A DNA stretch of 64,000 nt, from positions 29,400-93,399 of the forward strand of contig JAPOVS010000040.1 of the NCBI GenBank assembly GCA_026708055.1, given 5' to 3'. This document shows positions 1 to 12,202 of the stretch, piece after piece (within the stretch, counting starts at the first letter, position 1; each line of letters opens with the position of its first letter). The notes under the pieces are model-generated. The model worked only from the letters and a program-made list of their open reading frames with translations, was not told the DNA's origin and did no database searches. The translations under genes and the position numbers were made by a program. The DNA is from a bacterium (GTDB taxonomy: Bacteria; Actinomycetota; Acidimicrobiia; Acidimicrobiales; CATQHL01).

Positions 1-773
1 GTCGAGAGCTCGCGGGTGAGGCGGGTGAGCCGGGTTCCCAGAGCGAAGGCCTCCACCCGGCGGCGAGCCACCACCGCGGCGTGCACGAAGCGCAGCAGCG
101 CCCGGGCGTAGGACTCCATCGATCCGCTCACGTCGAGCAGCAGCACCAGGCGGCGGGGCTGCTCGCCGGGTTGGCGGAACGACCGGGTGATCGGCTCGCC
201 GCCGGCCTGCAGCGCCCGGCGCACCGTGCGGCGCAGGTCGGGCCGTCCCCGCGGCACCCGCACGGCCTGCAACCGCCGTGACCGGCGCATCACGCCGCCG
301 AGCCGCAACTGGCTCATCAGTTGAGCCAGTTCGGCCAGCTCGTCGGCGGAGCAGTCGGCGAAGTCCTTCTCCCGCAGCAACTCGTAGGGGCTGTAGCGCA
401 CCGCGATGGTGTCCGAGTCGTCCTCGCCATCGCCGTCGGGACCGTCCCCCTCGAGGTCGTCGAAGGCGAGGGTGACCTCCGCCACCGGCGGCGGCGGGAG
501 CAGGCTCTGCGGGTCGATCCCCTCCCAGAAGCGGGTGAACACCACGTCGTAGGTGTCGAAGTCCTCGGGCCGGTGCACCAGCGTGGCGCGACCGCACCAG
601 TACACCTTGGCGCGGGTGTCCACCCCGACTGCGCCCAGCGCCGCCAGGAAGGTGATCATCGAACCCACCGGCACTTCCAGCTCCGCCTCGCGCAGCGCGG
701 CGCCGAAGCGGGCCGCCAGAGCGCAGATGTTCTCAGCTCGCGCCGCGGCGACGAGAGCCGGGCCGTCGGTCAC
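1..773 (-). CDS. VWA-domain protein, CoxE-like (N-terminal part in window; 3' end beyond window start)
   Basis: My own minus-strand translation; it is not in the ORF track because there is no stop in the window. Reads VTDGPALVAAARAENICALAARFG...RRLVLLLDVSGSMESYARALLRFVHA, with a DxSGS MIDAS-type motif. It lies directly downstream of the MoxR/CoxD-like ATPase. GTG 773 is the first canonical start after the moxR stop, so the start is uncertain. Confidence 0.7.
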   Translation of the reverse strand, partial: MTDGPALVAAARAENICALAARFGAALREAELEVPVGSMITFLAALGAVGVDTRAKVYWCGRATLVHRPEDFDTYDVVFTRFWEGIDPQSLLPPPPVAEVTLAFDDLEGDGPDGDGEDDSDTIAVRYSPYELLREKDFADCSADELAELAQLMSQLRLGGVMRRSRRLQAVRVPRGRPDLRRTVRRALQAGGEPITRSFRQPGEQPRRLVLLLDVSGSMESYARALLRFVHAAVVARRRVEAFALGTRLTRLTRELS

Positions 774-829
774 AGTCGGAGGTTCACCGCACTCGGCGGG
801 TGAGGTGGCAACTCGCAGGGGCCACGCCG

Positions 830-1738
830 CTAGCGGCTCGTGGCCTCGGCGATGATCCTGTCGAGGCCGAACTCCTGGACCCGCCCCTGATCCTCCCGGT
901 ACTTGAGCACGGCTCCCAGGGTCACCTCGGCGCTGGTGGCGTCCAGGCCGTCCACACCGAGACGCACCAGCGCCATCGACCAGTCGATGCTCTCGGCCAC
1001 GCCGGGCGGCTTGTAGAGGCCGATGTCGCGGAACCGGGCGACAGCGGCCGCGACCTGGCGCGCCAGCGCCGGCGCGACACCGTTGGTGCGCAGCGAGATG
1101 ATCGCCACCTCGCGTTCGAAGTCGGGGTGCTCCACCCAGTGGTAAAGGCAGCGGCGCTTAAGGGCGTCGTGGACGTCGCGGGTGCGGTTGGAGGTCACCA
1201 CCACGATCGGCGGCGCGGCGGCGCGGAAGGTCCCCAACTCGGGCACCGTGATCGACCAGTCCGAAAGGACCTCCAGCAGGAAGGCCTCGAACTCGTCGTC
1301 GGATCGGTCCACCTCGTCGATCAGCAGCACCGGCGGCACCGGGTCGTCGTGGGAGATGGCGTCCAGCAGCGGCCGCTTCACCAGGAAGCGTTCGGAGTAC
1401 AGGGAGTCCTCCAGCGCGGCCGCATCGGCACCGGACGCCCCACCGGTGGCTTCGGCCGTGCGCAGGTGCAGCAACTGGCGCGAGTAGTCCCACTCGTACA
1501 CGGCCTGGGACACGTCGATGCCCTCGTAGCACTGCAGGCGGATGAGGCGGCTGCCCAGCCAACCCGCCAGCGTCTTGGCCACCTCGGTCTTGCCGACTCC
1601 GGCCTCGCCCTCCAGCAGCAGCGGCCGCTGCAGCGAGAGCGCCAGGAAGATCGCCGTGGCGAGCCCCTCCGACGGCAGGTAGTCGTTGGCGCGGAGGCCG
1701 TCGGCGACCTCGGTCACCGACCCGGGGCCCACTCCCAC
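830..1738 (-). CDS. MoxR/CoxD-like AAA+ ATPase
   Basis: Walker A is LLLEGEAGVGKTEVAKTLA and Walker B is VLLIDEVDRSDD. The 302-aa size is typical of the MoxR family. It lies between a coxM-like gene and a VWA gene. Confidence 0.9.
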   Translation of the reverse strand: MGVGPGSVTEVADGLRANDYLPSEGLATAIFLALSLQRPLLLEGEAGVGKTEVAKTLAGWLGSRLIRLQCYEGIDVSQAVYEWDYSRQLLHLRTAEATGGASGADAAALEDSLYSERFLVKRPLLDAISHDDPVPPVLLIDEVDRSDDEFEAFLLEVLSDWSITVPELGTFRAAAPPIVVVTSNRTRDVHDALKRRCLYHWVEHPDFEREVAIISLRTNGVAPALARQVAAAVARFRDIGLYKPPGVAESIDWSMALVRLGVDGLDATSAEVTLGAVLKYREDQGRVQEFGLDRIIAEATSR

Positions 1739-1744
1739 GGGGCG

Positions 1745-2568
1745 CTACAACCCGGCGGCTTCGAGTGCCCGTCGCGTCAGGACCCGGGCCAGGTGCCGGC
1801 GGTACTCGACGCTGGCGTTGAGATCCTCGGTGGGTTCGCAGCCCTCGGCGGCCAACTCCGCCGCCTCGGCGCCCGAAGCCCCGCCCGCCAGAGCGCTCTC
1901 GACGGCGGCGGCCCGCACAGGCGTCGAGTCCATGTTCACCAGTCCCACGCCCACCTCGCCGCCGGCGCGCACGACCGCTGACACCCCCACGATCGCCCAG
2001 TCCTGAGCACGGCGGTTGAACTTCTCGAAACCCCAGCGGGCGCCGTCGGCAGCGGGAATGCGCACCTCGGTCAGCATCTCGTCGTCGGCCAGCGCCGTCT
2101 CCAGGAAGCCGCTGAAGAAGTCGTCGACGGAGATCTCCCTGCTGCCCTGCGAGCCGGTGGCCACCAAGGTGGCGCCGAGCGCGATGAGTGCCGAGGGAAT
2201 GTCCGAGGCCGGATCGCCGTGGGCGACCGCCCCGCCGAGGGTCCCCCGGTGGCGCACCTGCGGGTCGCCGACGTGCGAGGTGACCTCGCCCAGCAGGCCC
2301 GCACGGGCCGCAACCAGGTCGCTGGTCTCGACGGCGCGGTGGCGCGTCAGCGCCCCGATCGCCACGTGGTCGCCCCCGTCGCGGATGTACGACAGGTCGT
2401 CGAGACGCCCGATGTCCACGAGGACGGCCGGGCGTGCCAGGCGGAACCGCATGAGGGGGATCAGCGAGTGTCCCCCTGCCAGGAGTTTCGCCTCGTCACC
2501 GTGGGTGGCGAGGGTGGCGACGGCCTCCTCCGCGGAGCCGGCGCGGACGTAGTCGAAAGCTGCAGGGA

Positions 2569-2572
<4 letters not shown>
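1745..2572 (-). CDS. FAD-binding medium subunit of a xanthine dehydrogenase/CO dehydrogenase-family molybdoenzyme (CoxM-like)
   Basis: [21 protein letters not shown]...[20 protein letters not shown] is the FAD-binding PCMH-type N-terminus. There is a GTGA start/stop overlap with the upstream 2Fe-2S subunit gene. Confidence 0.9.
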
Positions 2573-3033
<461 letters not shown>

Positions 3034-3173
3034 CTATGCCTCCCTGTGGCCGGAACCGACCTGGCGAACGATCGACTCGCCGCTCACCGGGCGAACACAG
3101 TAGCGCACGCTACCGGGCACTCCCAGTGCGCGCATCGGTGCACGCCGGCGGCGGCAGCCGACGCGGTGCCCGC

Positions 3174-4879
<1,706 letters not shown>

Positions 4880-4982
4880 TTACACGCGATGTGAGGCGTT
4901 GAAAAGGGGGGAGACGGGATTTGTCCACAGATTCCGCCCCGGGGTGCGGGGCGCCGCACGGCCGCGGCGGCGCCGCGGCCGG

Positions 4983-6359
4983 TCAGATCTCCTCGGCCCG
5001 GCGGAACTCCTCGCGGGCTGCGTTCGAGGCCGCCCGCAGCGCCGACTCCGGATCCAGCGAGCAGTGCCGCGCCAGTTCGACCACCTCGAAGAGCAACGAT
5101 CCGAGCCACCCCTCATCACGCCGCCCCGGCGGGACGTCGAGGGCGGCCCGCAGGCGCGCCCGCGCGGTGGTCTCGCTGCTGCGGCCGAGGCCGGCGGCTT
5201 CGGCCCGCTTCTGCACCTTGAGCGCACCAAGCAGCGCGGGCAGCGCCTCGGGGATGCCGTCCATCGCCGAGGCGCGCCCCTTCTCGACACGCTTGATCTG
5301 TTCCCACCCGGCGTCCAGCGATTCCTCGTCGCCGGCGGCGCCCGCCGCCGGGCCGAACACGTGAGGATGGCGCCGTCTCAGCTTGGCGTCCACCTGCCGC
5401 ACCACGTCGCCGATGGTGAACTGTCCCTGCTCGGCGGCCAGCGTGGCGTGAAAGAAGACATGGAAGAGCAGATCCCCGAGTTCCTCCTCGAGGTGCTCAT
5501 AGCCCTCGCCCGCTGCGGTGGCGCCGCCCGGCGCCGCCGGCTCCGGCAACCCGTCGATGGCCTCCAGCACCTCGTAGACCTCCTCGAGCAGGTGGCGGCG
5601 AAGGCTGCGGTGCGTCTGCCTGCGATCCCACGGGCACTCGGCACGCAGCGTCGCAACCAACTCGCCGAAGCGGACCAGTTCGGCTGCGGACACGTCGGCC
5701 ATCTCGGGGATGTACAGCGACGTGAGGTGGTCCACCGGCTCCCAGCGCGCCAGATCGCCGGCACGGACCTGCTCCACCCGCTCGGATTCCAGGCCCAGGT
5801 GGTGCAGGACCCAGACCACCGTCGAGGGTGCCGGCAGCGCCGGAGCGACCGCCGCCAGGGTCTCGGCGCTGTCGCACTGAGCCACCAGCAGCGGCCCGCG
5901 CTCGCCCGCCGCCTCGCCGGCGAACCGCTGGCCGTCGACGATCCGCACCCCGCTCGCCAGGGGATCGACCCCGAGCCGGGACCATGCCAGATCGGCGAAG
6001 GACAGCGCCGGGTGCACCTCGGCGTCGACGCGGCTGTCGCCGAGGAGCATCTGCACCGATCGCTCCGCCACAGCAGGCGAACCCGGCACGGCATACAGCA
6101 CCGTTCCGTGACGCCTCGCCGCCGCCACGAGGCGCTCGACGATGGCCTCGTACACCTGCTCGATGCGCTGCGCCGAACGGTAGAGGTCGTCACAACCCTT
6201 CGCCGGCGCCACGACCCCCGCAGAAGGGTGGCGGACGGTGCGGACGAAGCGCGCCGCCGGCGGCACCGCCTCGATGAGCGCTCGGGTGCCTTCGGTGACG
6301 AGGTCGGCCCCGGCCGGGCCGAGCCCGACGACGGTGACGCGCGGCGACTCGGAGTTCAT
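4983..6359 (-). CDS. mazG: MazG nucleoside triphosphate pyrophosphohydrolase with an N-terminal tetrapyrrole-methylase-like domain (YabN-type fusion)
   Basis: The N-terminus MNSESPRVTVVGLGPAGADLVT... is TP-methylase-like. The MazG core is LRAECPWDRRQTHRSLRRHLLEEVYEVLEAI...EEELGDLLFHV...RRHPHVFG. I trimmed the start from track ORF 4983..6692 to ATG 6359, which forms an ATGA overlap with the mfd stop. Confidence 0.85.
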   Translation of the reverse strand: MNSESPRVTVVGLGPAGADLVTEGTRALIEAVPPAARFVRTVRHPSAGVVAPAKGCDDLYRSAQRIEQVYEAIVERLVAAARRHGTVLYAVPGSPAVAERSVQMLLGDSRVDAEVHPALSFADLAWSRLGVDPLASGVRIVDGQRFAGEAAGERGPLLVAQCDSAETLAAVAPALPAPSTVVWVLHHLGLESERVEQVRAGDLARWEPVDHLTSLYIPEMADVSAAELVRFGELVATLRAECPWDRRQTHRSLRRHLLEEVYEVLEAIDGLPEPAAPGGATAAGEGYEHLEEELGDLLFHVFFHATLAAEQGQFTIGDVVRQVDAKLRRRHPHVFGPAAGAAGDEESLDAGWEQIKRVEKGRASAMDGIPEALPALLGALKVQKRAEAAGLGRSSETTARARLRAALDVPPGRRDEGWLGSLLFEVVELARHCSLDPESALRAASNAAREEFRRAEEI

Positions 6360-9300
6360 GCGGCCGGCGGGGAAGCCGCTGCCGGCGGGGGCTGATCGGC
6401 AAGGCGCTCGAGCACCTCGGTGATCGCCTCGACGGCTCCCGAGCGGCTGCGCAGCGGCACACGGAGGCGCCCCGAGGACGGATCGTAGGCAGCGGACGGC
6501 CAGAGCCGCTCCAGGCGCACCCGCCGGCTCTCGCGCAGCCGCAGGGGCGTGATGCGAGCCTCGGCCCCCCCGCCGGGCGCCGACCGCACCGACACGTCGG
6601 TGACACCGGCGGCGACGCAGAGCACCCGCAGCCGGGCCACACCGAGCAGCGACTCGGCGGCGGCGGGCAGCGGCCCGAACCGATCCAGCCACTCGGCGCG
6701 CACGTCGGCGACGGCCTCGGCGCTCGTGGCCTCCGCCAGGCGGCGGTAGGCGGCGAAGCGCAACGACTCCGACGGCACGTAGTCCGCCGGCAGGTGCGCG
6801 TCCACCGGTACTTCCAGGTTCAACTCGGCGGGCGGCTCGGGCACCTCCCCCGCCAGTTCCGCCACCGCCTCGGTCACCATCTCGCAGTACAGGTCGTAGC
6901 CCACAGCGGCGATGTGGCCCGACTGCCCCAACCCGAGGAGATTCCCGGCGCCCCTGATCTCCAGGTCACGCATGGCGATGCGGATCCCCGATCCCAGCTC
7001 GGTGGACTCCGCCACGACCTTGAGCCGCTCGTAGGCCTCGGTGGTCAGCGAGCGCTCCGGCGGGGTGAAGAGGTAGGCATAGGCGCGCATCTGCGCCCGA
7101 CCGACGCGCCCGCGGATCTGGTGCAGTTGCGCCAGACCCATGAGATCCGCCCGGTCGACGATCAGCGTGTTGACCGTCGGCATGTCGATGCCCGACTCGA
7201 TGATCGTGGTGCAGACCATGACGTCGTAGCGCCGGTCCCAGAAGTCCAGCACCGCCTGCTCGAGGGCGGCCTCGTCCATCTGGCCGTGCGCCACCGCCAC
7301 GCGCACGCCCGGAACCAGCTCGCGGAGGTGCGCGGCGACGCGGTCGATGTCCGCCACCCGGTTGTGCACGAAGAAGACCTGGCCGTCGCGCAGCAGCTCG
7401 CGCCTGATGGCCTCGATGACCGCCCGCTCGTCGTAGGGGCCCACGTAGGTGCCGATGGGCTTGCGGTCCGCCGGCGGCGTCTGCAGGACCGTCATGTCCC
7501 TGATCCCGGTGAGGCTCATCTCCAGCGTCCGCGGGATCGGCGTGGCCGTCAGCGTGAGCACGTCCACGTCGTGGCGGAGCGTCTTGATGGCCTCCTTGTG
7601 GGTGACGCCGAAGCGCTGCTCCTCGTCGACGATCAGCAGCCCCAGCCGGGCGAAGCCGACGTCGCCGGAGAGCAGACGATGGGTCCCGATGACCACGTCC
7701 ACGTCGCCGCTGCGCAGGCCGTCCAGCACGCCGCGTGTCGCCGCCGGGTTGAGGAACCGGCTCAGCATCTCCACCCGCAGCGGGAATCCGGCATACCGCT
7801 CGGAGAAGGTCTGGTGGTGCTGGTGCGCCAGCAGGGTCGTCGGCACGAGCACAGCCACCTGGCGCCCGTCGGCGACAGCCTTGAAGGCGGCTCGCACGGC
7901 CACCTCGGTCTTGCCGAACCCCACGTCACCGCAGACCAGCCGGTCCATCGGCACCGCGAGTTCCATGTCCTCCTTGACCCGGGCGATGGCACTGATCTGG
8001 TCGGGCGTCTCGGGATAGGCGAAGGCGGCCTCCATCTGCGCCTGCCAGGGTCCGTCGGCGCCGAAGGCGTGCCCGGCGGTTGCGTGGCGCTTGCGGTAGA
8101 GCTCGACGAGCTCACCGGCCACCTCGGACACCGCCGCGCGTACCCGGCTCTTGGCGCGCTGCCAGTCCGCTCCGCCCAAGCGGCTGAGGGTGGGCGCGTC
8201 GCCTCCGGTGTACTGCCGGACGGTGTCCAGCTGATCGGTGGGCACGTAGAGCCGCGCGTCGCCGCGGTACTCCAGCAGCAGGTAGTCCCTCTCGACGCCG
8301 TCCATGGCCCGGGTGACCATGCCGCGGTAGCAGGCCACGCCGTGCGTGCGATGCACCACGAACCCGCCGACCTGCAGATCCTCCACCGCGCCGGCGCCGG
8401 GGGTCGCCCCCGCGGGGCGCGCCCGCCGATGCACCCGGCGCCGCCCGGTCAGGTCACTCTCGGCGAGCACCGCCAGACGGACCTCGGGCAGGATGCAACC
8501 CACCCGCAGCGGGCCCACCGTCACCGAGCACGCCGCCGAGCCCGCGCCGGCAGGGAGCGCGGAGGGCGCATCGAGCGCCACCCCGTGGTCCTCCAGGCGC
8601 CGGCGCAGCCGCTGGGCCGAGCCCTCGCCGTCGGCCACCACGGCGACCCGGTAACCCTCGGCCAGCAGCGACGCAACCTGTCGCACCGGGCCGTCGCCGG
8701 TCCCCAGCGGTGACTCCCAGCCCAGGGCCTCCACGAGCGGCTCGCCGGGACTCGACGGGCTGCTGTTCAGACTCCACACCGGCGCCTCGCAGCCGGCCAG
8801 GAGATCCTCGGCTGCCACATGGGCGCTCGGAAGCTGCTCATCCCGAGCCACGCCCCAGGCAGCGGCCAGGTGCCGTGCCAGCTCGGCCTCCTCGGCAAGG
8901 AGGTCCTGCGCCCGCGCCCACAGCCGATCCCGCTCGACGAGCACCACGAGACCGCCGGCGGGGATCAGATCGGCGAACGAGCGCTGCTCGCTGCTGAGCC
9001 ACCCCAGCCACGCCTCCATGCCGTCGAAGAACGCGCCCTCGGCGAGCAGTTCCCACTGCCGGCTGCCCCACGGCGCCTCCCCGACGAGCTCCGCCGCCCG
9101 CCGGCGCACTGCCTCGGTGGGCCGCAGCTCGCGGCAGCCGAAGATCTCAGTGGCGACCAGCGAGGCCCCCGAGCGCTGGCCGCTGACCGAGAAGGTGCAC
9201 AGGCGGTCGATCTCATCGCCCCACAGGTCGATGCGCACCGGATCGGCCGCGGTCGCGCCGAACACGTCGACGATGGATCCCCGCACGGCCATCTCGCCCC

Positions 9301-9835
9301 GTTGCTCCACCTGCACTCCCCGCCGGTACCCGGCGGCGGCGAGACTCTCGATCAGCTCGTCACGGTCGCAGCGGTCCCCGCGGCTCAGTCGTATCGGCTC
9401 GAAGTCCTCCGTCCCCGGTGCGAGCCGCTGCATGAGGGCCCGCACCGACGCCACGACCACTGCTGGCGTGGTCTCGGGCCGACGCATCCGCCAGATCGTG
9501 CGCAACCGCGTGCCCATGGCCACCGCGGCCGGGCTCACCTGCTCGAACGGCAGCGTCTCCCAGGCCGGAAGGGAAGCGACCGCGTCCGCTCCCAGCCAAC
9601 TCTGCAGGTCGGCGGCGAGATGCTCGGCCACCGCCTCGGTCACGGTGCAGACCACCAGGGGGCGCCGACCCGAGGCGCGGGCCAGCGCCGCCAGCGCCGC
9701 CGGCTGGGCCCGCTCGGGCACCGCCAGGGAGGCCTCCCGCCGGCCCAGGCAGGCGCCGATCGCCGGCGCCGCGGCGATCTCTGCGGCCAGAGGCGCCAGC
9801 CCCGGGCGCGCGCCGCCCGGCCCCTCAGCGGACAT
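6356..9835 (-). CDS. mfd: transcription-repair coupling factor
   Basis: 1159 aa. Helicase motifs are GDVGFGKTEVA, LLIVDEEQRFG and HGQM, and a C-terminal TRCF-type region is present. It sits in the conserved position next to pth. Confidence 0.95.
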   Translation of the reverse strand: MSAEGPGGARPGLAPLAAEIAAAPAIGACLGRREASLAVPERAQPAALAALARASGRRPLVVCTVTEAVAEHLAADLQSWLGADAVASLPAWETLPFEQVSPAAVAMGTRLRTIWRMRRPETTPAVVVASVRALMQRLAPGTEDFEPIRLSRGDRCDRDELIESLAAAGYRRGVQVEQRGEMAVRGSIVDVFGATAADPVRIDLWGDEIDRLCTFSVSGQRSGASLVATEIFGCRELRPTEAVRRRAAELVGEAPWGSRQWELLAEGAFFDGMEAWLGWLSSEQRSFADLIPAGGLVVLVERDRLWARAQDLLAEEAELARHLAAAWGVARDEQLPSAHVAAEDLLAGCEAPVWSLNSSPSSPGEPLVEALGWESPLGTGDGPVRQVASLLAEGYRVAVVADGEGSAQRLRRRLEDHGVALDAPSALPAGAGSAACSVTVGPLRVGCILPEVRLAVLAESDLTGRRRVHRRARPAGATPGAGAVEDLQVGGFVVHRTHGVACYRGMVTRAMDGVERDYLLLEYRGDARLYVPTDQLDTVRQYTGGDAPTLSRLGGADWQRAKSRVRAAVSEVAGELVELYRKRHATAGHAFGADGPWQAQMEAAFAYPETPDQISAIARVKEDMELAVPMDRLVCGDVGFGKTEVAVRAAFKAVADGRQVAVLVPTTLLAHQHHQTFSERYAGFPLRVEMLSRFLNPAATRGVLDGLRSGDVDVVIGTHRLLSGDVGFARLGLLIVDEEQRFGVTHKEAIKTLRHDVDVLTLTATPIPRTLEMSLTGIRDMTVLQTPPADRKPIGTYVGPYDERAVIEAIRRELLRDGQVFFVHNRVADIDRVAAHLRELVPGVRVAVAHGQMDEAALEQAVLDFWDRRYDVMVCTTIIESGIDMPTVNTLIVDRADLMGLAQLHQIRGRVGRAQMRAYAYLFTPPERSLTTEAYERLKVVAESTELGSGIRIAMRDLEIRGAGNLLGLGQSGHIAAVGYDLYCEMVTEAVAELAGEVPEPPAELNLEVPVDAHLPADYVPSESLRFAAYRRLAEATSAEAVADVRAEWLDRFGPLPAAAESLLGVARLRVLCVAAGVTDVSVRSAPGGGAEARITPLRLRESRRVRLERLWPSAAYDPSSGRLRVPLRSRSGAVEAITEVLERLADQPPPAAASPPAA

Positions 9836-9840
9836 TGCCC

Positions 9841-10464
9841 TCAGCGGACATTGAAGGTGTTCATGGCCTGCTCGACACCGCCGGTGGCGATGACCTCGGC
9901 GGCGTCGGCCGCCCTGCCGGCCGCGGCAGCCAAAGCGTCGCGGTCCGCCGAGGCGGGGCGGCTCAGCACGTAGCCGGCGCCCGCCGCAGCGCTCGGCGGC
10001 CGGCCGATGCCGATGCGGATGCGGACGAAGGAGGTGGCACGCAGGTGGTCCCGGATCGATCGCAGGCCCTTGTGACCGGCGAGCCCGCCGCCGGCCCGGA
10101 CCTGCACCCGCCCGGTCGGCAGGTCGAGTTCATCGTGGATGACCACCAGGCGCTGCAGGTCTTCGACGCCGAAGCGCCTCACGAGCTTCCCGACGGCCTC
10201 GCCGGAGACGTTCATGTAGGTCTGCGGGAACGCCAGCGCCACGCGCCGGCCCTCGATGCGCACCTCGTCGGTCAGCGCCGGGAGGCCCCGGCGGCGCCGC
10301 AGGTGACCGCCGTGGCGATCTGCGAGCTCCAACACCGCCGCCGCACCGGCGTTGTGGCGCGTACCGGCATAGCGCTCTCCGGGATTGCCGAGCCCCACGA
10401 CCAGGAGATCGGCGGGGGTGCCGGTCCGCTGTGCCCCAGCCGGCCGCCGCCGACGCAGGGACAT
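9841..10464 (-). CDS. pth: peptidyl-tRNA hydrolase
   Basis: Contains LLVVGLGNPGERYAGTRHNAG and GHKGLRSI motifs. Confidence 0.92.
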   Translation of the reverse strand: MSLRRRRPAGAQRTGTPADLLVVGLGNPGERYAGTRHNAGAAAVLELADRHGGHLRRRRGLPALTDEVRIEGRRVALAFPQTYMNVSGEAVGKLVRRFGVEDLQRLVVIHDELDLPTGRVQVRAGGGLAGHKGLRSIRDHLRATSFVRIRIGIGRPPSAAAGAGYVLSRPASADRDALAAAAGRAADAAEVIATGGVEQAMNTFNVR

Positions 10465-10472
10465 CGCCGACC

Positions 10473-11138
10473 TCAGTCGCTGTCGCCGGCGTCGTCCTCG
10501 GCGGCTTCCTCGCCGTCACCGTCGGCCTCGGCCTCCGCCTCGGCCTCGGCGGCTTCGGCCTCCGCCGCCGCCTCGAGGGCGCTCCGCGTGATGATCCCCG
10601 ACACCACCGGTGCCGACTCATCGACGAGCGAGGTCACGCCGGGGGGCAATTCGAGGTCCGCGACGGTCAGCGTGTCCCCGACGGTCAAGTCGGACACGTC
10701 GAGCACCAACTCGTTGGGAATCGAGCGCGGTTTGGCGAGGACGCGCAGCGTATCCAGCGACCGCTCGACGATGCCGTTGATGTCGAGTACCGCTGAAGCC
10801 TGGCCGGTCAGGTGGATCGGCACCTCCACGGCGACGTCGGAATCGGGCTCGACCCGCAGGAAATCCACGTGGGTCACGTCGCCGCGCAGCGGGTTGCGCT
10901 GCATCTCCTTCACCAACGCCATCTCGTGCTCGCCGCCGACATCCAGGTTCAGCACGACGTTCAGCCCGGCCTCGGTGGACAGGGCGCCGCGCAACTCGCG
11001 GTAGTCGACACTGACGGTGACGGCCTCCTTGCCGAGTCCGTACACCGTGGCGGGCACCTTGCCCTGCAGCCTCAAGCGGCGCGACGGCCCGCTGCCGGTG
11101 GCGCGGCCCAATTCGAGGGGGAGGACGACTTCCTGCAT
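10473..11138 (-). CDS. rplY: 50S ribosomal protein L25/general stress protein Ctc
   Basis: L25/Ctc N-terminal fold sequence (GKVPATVYG...VSVDYREL) and an acidic Ala/Glu/Asp tail. It follows the conserved prs-ctc-pth order. Confidence 0.9.
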   Translation of the reverse strand: MQEVVLPLELGRATGSGPSRRLRLQGKVPATVYGLGKEAVTVSVDYRELRGALSTEAGLNVVLNLDVGGEHEMALVKEMQRNPLRGDVTHVDFLRVEPDSDVAVEVPIHLTGQASAVLDINGIVERSLDTLRVLAKPRSIPNELVLDVSDLTVGDTLTVADLELPPGVTSLVDESAPVVSGIITRSALEAAAEAEAAEAEAEAEADGDGEEAAEDDAGDSD

Positions 11139-11212
11139 GGCCTTTCCGCGGAAGATTTCGGAGAATTGACCGGCGCGAGCCTACCTGGCCGCGCCGCCGA
11201 CCCGTCGCCTGC

Positions 11213-12202
11213 TCAGGACAGGTTGTTGCCGCCGAAGATCTCGCTCACCGAGGCGTCCTCGAAGACCGCCCTGACGGCGCTCGCGATGATCGGAGCCACC
11301 GAGACGACCTCCAGCGTGTCGATGCACTTCTCGGGCGGCAGCGGCAGCGTGTCGGTGATGATCACCTTGCCGATGACGGAGTTCTTCAGCCGGTCCACGG
11401 CCGGACCCGAGAACAGACCGTGCGTCGTGGCGGCGTAGACCTCCTCGGCGCCGCGCGCCGCCAGTTGCTCGGCGGCGGCCACGATGGTCCCGCCGGTGTC
11501 GATCATGTCGTCGATCAGCACGCAGACGCGCCCGGCCACCTCGCCCACGACCTCGCGTGCTTGCACCGCGCTCTTCTCTCCCCGGATGCGACTCTTGTGC
11601 ACGATCGCCAGGTCCGCCCCGAGAGCGATGGCATAGCGCTCGGCGACCTTCACCCGGCCCGCGTCCGGCGAGACCACGACCAGGTCCTCGCCCAGACCGG
11701 CGATCCGCTCACACAGCACCGGCATGGCGGTGAGGTGGTCCCAAGGGCCGTCGAAGAAACCCTGGATCTGCCCGGAGTGCAGGTCGACGCTGATGAGGCG
11801 GCCGGCTCCGGCGGCGGCCAGCAGGTTGGCCATGAGCTTGGCGGAGATCGGCTCGCGGCCTTCGGCCTTGCGGTCCTGGCGGGCGTAGGGGAAGAACGGG
11901 CAGACGGCCGTGACGCGTTTGGCCGAGGCCCGGCGAGCAGCGTCCACCATCACCAACTGCTCGATGACGGCGTCGTTGATCGAGCGCTCTTCGAGCGCGG
12001 CGTGCGATTGGATGATGAAGACGTCGGCACCGCGGATGGATTGCCCGAAGCGGCAGTGAATCTCACCGTTGGCGAAGTCCGACAGGTTCGTCTCGCACAG
12101 CTCGACGCCGAGGTTCGCGGCGATCTCCTCCGCCAGTTCGAGGTTTGCCCGCCCCGACATGACCTGCAGTTGCTTCGTGGTCACGAGTTGCACGCTGTTC
12201 AT
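11213..12202 (-). CDS. prs: ribose-phosphate pyrophosphokinase
   Basis: Contains KQLQVMSGRANLELAEEIA, SVDLHSGQIQGFFD and the VLIDDMIDTGGT PRPP loop. I trimmed the start to ATG 12202, which forms an ATGA overlap with the glmU-like stop. Confidence 0.93.
   Translation of the reverse strand: MNSVQLVTTKQLQVMSGRANLELAEEIAANLGVELCETNLSDFANGEIHCRFGQSIRGADVFIIQSHAALEERSINDAVIEQLVMVDAARRASAKRVTAVCPFFPYARQDRKAEGREPISAKLMANLLAAAGAGRLISVDLHSGQIQGFFDGPWDHLTAMPVLCERIAGLGEDLVVVSPDAGRVKVAERYAIALGADLAIVHKSRIRGEKSAVQAREVVGEVAGRVCVLIDDMIDTGGTIVAAAEQLAARGAEEVYAATTHGLFSGPAVDRLKNSVIGKVIITDTLPLPPEKCIDTLEVVSVAPIIASAVRAVFEDASVSEIFGGNNLS

Noticed and set aside
4983-6692. N-terminally over-extended track ORFs: mazG 4983..6692, prs 11213..12493, ispE 13586..14416, rsmA 14341..15474, rsmI 18834..20384, DUF192 19685..20200, fpg 29593..30672, SDR 54394..55437, ScfR 55232..56890 and hyuB2 50425..52419.
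   Set aside because: The extensions overlap the upstream gene and look like junk sequence. Conserved N-termini begin at internal ATG or GTG codons that often form ATGA or GTGA overlaps with the upstream stop, so I trimmed the starts accordingly.
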